Source: Amoebidium appalachense
Lineage: Eukaryota; Protista; Ichthyosporea
DNA length: 64,000 nt
Assembly: GCA_963693365.1 (NCBI GenBank)
Contig: CAVNZM010000002.1
Coordinates: 12,084,328-12,148,327, forward strand
Direction of reading: 5' to 3'
The notes below the pieces were generated by a model that was not told the origin of the DNA, searched no databases, and worked only from the letters and a program-made list of their open reading frames with translations. Shown piece by piece: positions 62,703 to 64,000 of the stretch (positions are counted from its first letter, which is position 1; each line of letters begins with the position of its first letter). Position numbers and translations under genes: made by a program.

Positions 62703-64000
62703 TGTGTGTGTATGTGCGTGTGCGCGCGCGTGCGTGCGCGCACTCACACAAACCAGGGAGGTGCGGGGAGGGAGAAGAGGGAGAGGAAGAAAGTCAGACC
62801 AAACACATCACGGTTTCTCTTATCCCCTCCCCCCCCCCCCCCCCCTCCCCCCCCCCACTCCCCACCCTCTCCCAGTCCCCGGCCGCCTCTCTCTTCCTCA
62901 ACGGCCCCCGCCCGCGTCCCCCCTCCCCACCCCACCCCCCTCAACCCAAACCATCCCTCTTTGCTTGGCCGGTGTCTCCGTATCTTCAGCTGTAGCCACC
63001 TCCGTGATTTAAAGACTATTATAGGATGGGGAGGGGGAGAGAGCACTATACGTTGCAGATAATGGTATGTGAGTGTCGGCTCGTACCCGTGTACACGCGC
63101 GCGCGCGGGCCCACCCGTTCACTCGTGTGTGTTGTGTGTGTGTGTGTATGTGTGTGTGTGTGTGCGTGCGAGCAACACGTGTGCTTAACCGCATGTGTGT
63201 GCGTGTGCCCCCGTATCCGTGTGCATCCAGCACCTGCCCGAGCACGCGCTTATCATATGGGTGACCAGGCAGAGAGAAGGGGAAGGTATGGTAAGATCAC
63301 GTGCACACCCACCTGTATGACTGGTTCCGAATCATTCCTTCTAGAATGTTCCCTGGTGGAAAGCTGGATAAGCGAGAGCCAATCGTGTGGCAACAGCAAT
63401 ATCATACTAGGCGAGGCTTTGACATTTGTTACGGTTGCTATATTTGAGTAATCCAATCGAAATAGACTCAGAACTTCCCTTAAAGGAAGAAAACATGTTA
63501 TGCAAGCTTATCCTTTGATTATGTTGAAAGAAAGCGGGGTAGAGGTGTTATTGAACGGTGAAAGCGAATATTCGAGGGTGGAATAACAGACTGCTGGGTC
63601 TGGCCGTTGGCACTTGGGCGGATATTTGTTACCGTTCAACCGCCAAATGGGATAAACACACAACAGTGAATAGTTTGTGTGAATGGGCCGCAGGCGACGG
63701 GGAAACACATTTTAGCAAAAACCCAAAGAAGGTTAGTGATTAATGCACGGGGCACAAAAAATAAATGCACAACTATATGTTCATAAGTTGGGTGTTGAGT
63801 GAATCGGAGATGTGCACGTGGTGGGTAAAGAGCATGTGTGCTTGTTCTTCACTGTCGAGAGTATGTCGTAGTGTATGCATGTGTTTAAGGGCGCAGGCTG
63901 GTAGAGAGTGTCGGGGCAGAGAAGGGAGTGGGGATGGGTGTGTGGGTTGTGGGGGGGGGGGGGGGGAGGGGGGGGGGGGGGAGAGGGGCAGGGGGGGGGG
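61341..64000 (-). CDS. PHOSPHO1/2-like HAD phosphatase, 3' part (gene runs off the window)
   Basis: Exon ~62496-62437 (VVYVGDGANDCCPAMRLK) splices in phase to 61497-61341 (SGDVVLARKGFRL..VHLWENY..*), matching the PHOSPHO motif-IV region. Upstream exons were not resolved, and extension to the window edge is inferred. Confidence 0.8.

Overview
Intron-rich eukaryotic genomic DNA. The gene set suggests a unicellular opisthokont, but that is inference. Introns are saturated with (CA)n/(GT)n, (GA)n/(CT)n and long G/C homopolymers, so almost all ORFs in the supplied track are artefacts. Reading splice sites by hand gives eight protein-coding genes: a Fic-domain protein (-), an ankyrin-repeat + GAF-like protein (-) with two identical tRNA-Thr(CGU) genes in one intron, EMC8/9 (+), an Ole1-type delta-9 desaturase with fused cytochrome b5 (-), mitochondrial mL44 (-), Rpn13/ADRM1 (-), OLA1/YchF (+) and the 3' part of a PHOSPHO-type HAD phosphatase (-). 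There are also two MITEs and several minisatellites. The most intriguing signal is a dispersed intronic repeat family, always in the sense orientation of its host gene and ending in poly(C), whose two complete copies share a ~150-nt structured core with compensatory base changes and ribozyme-like motifs. The second is a recurring intron architecture with (GU)n at the donor and (CA)n at the acceptor. Exon boundaries were read by eye and homopolymer lengths may be assembly-affected.
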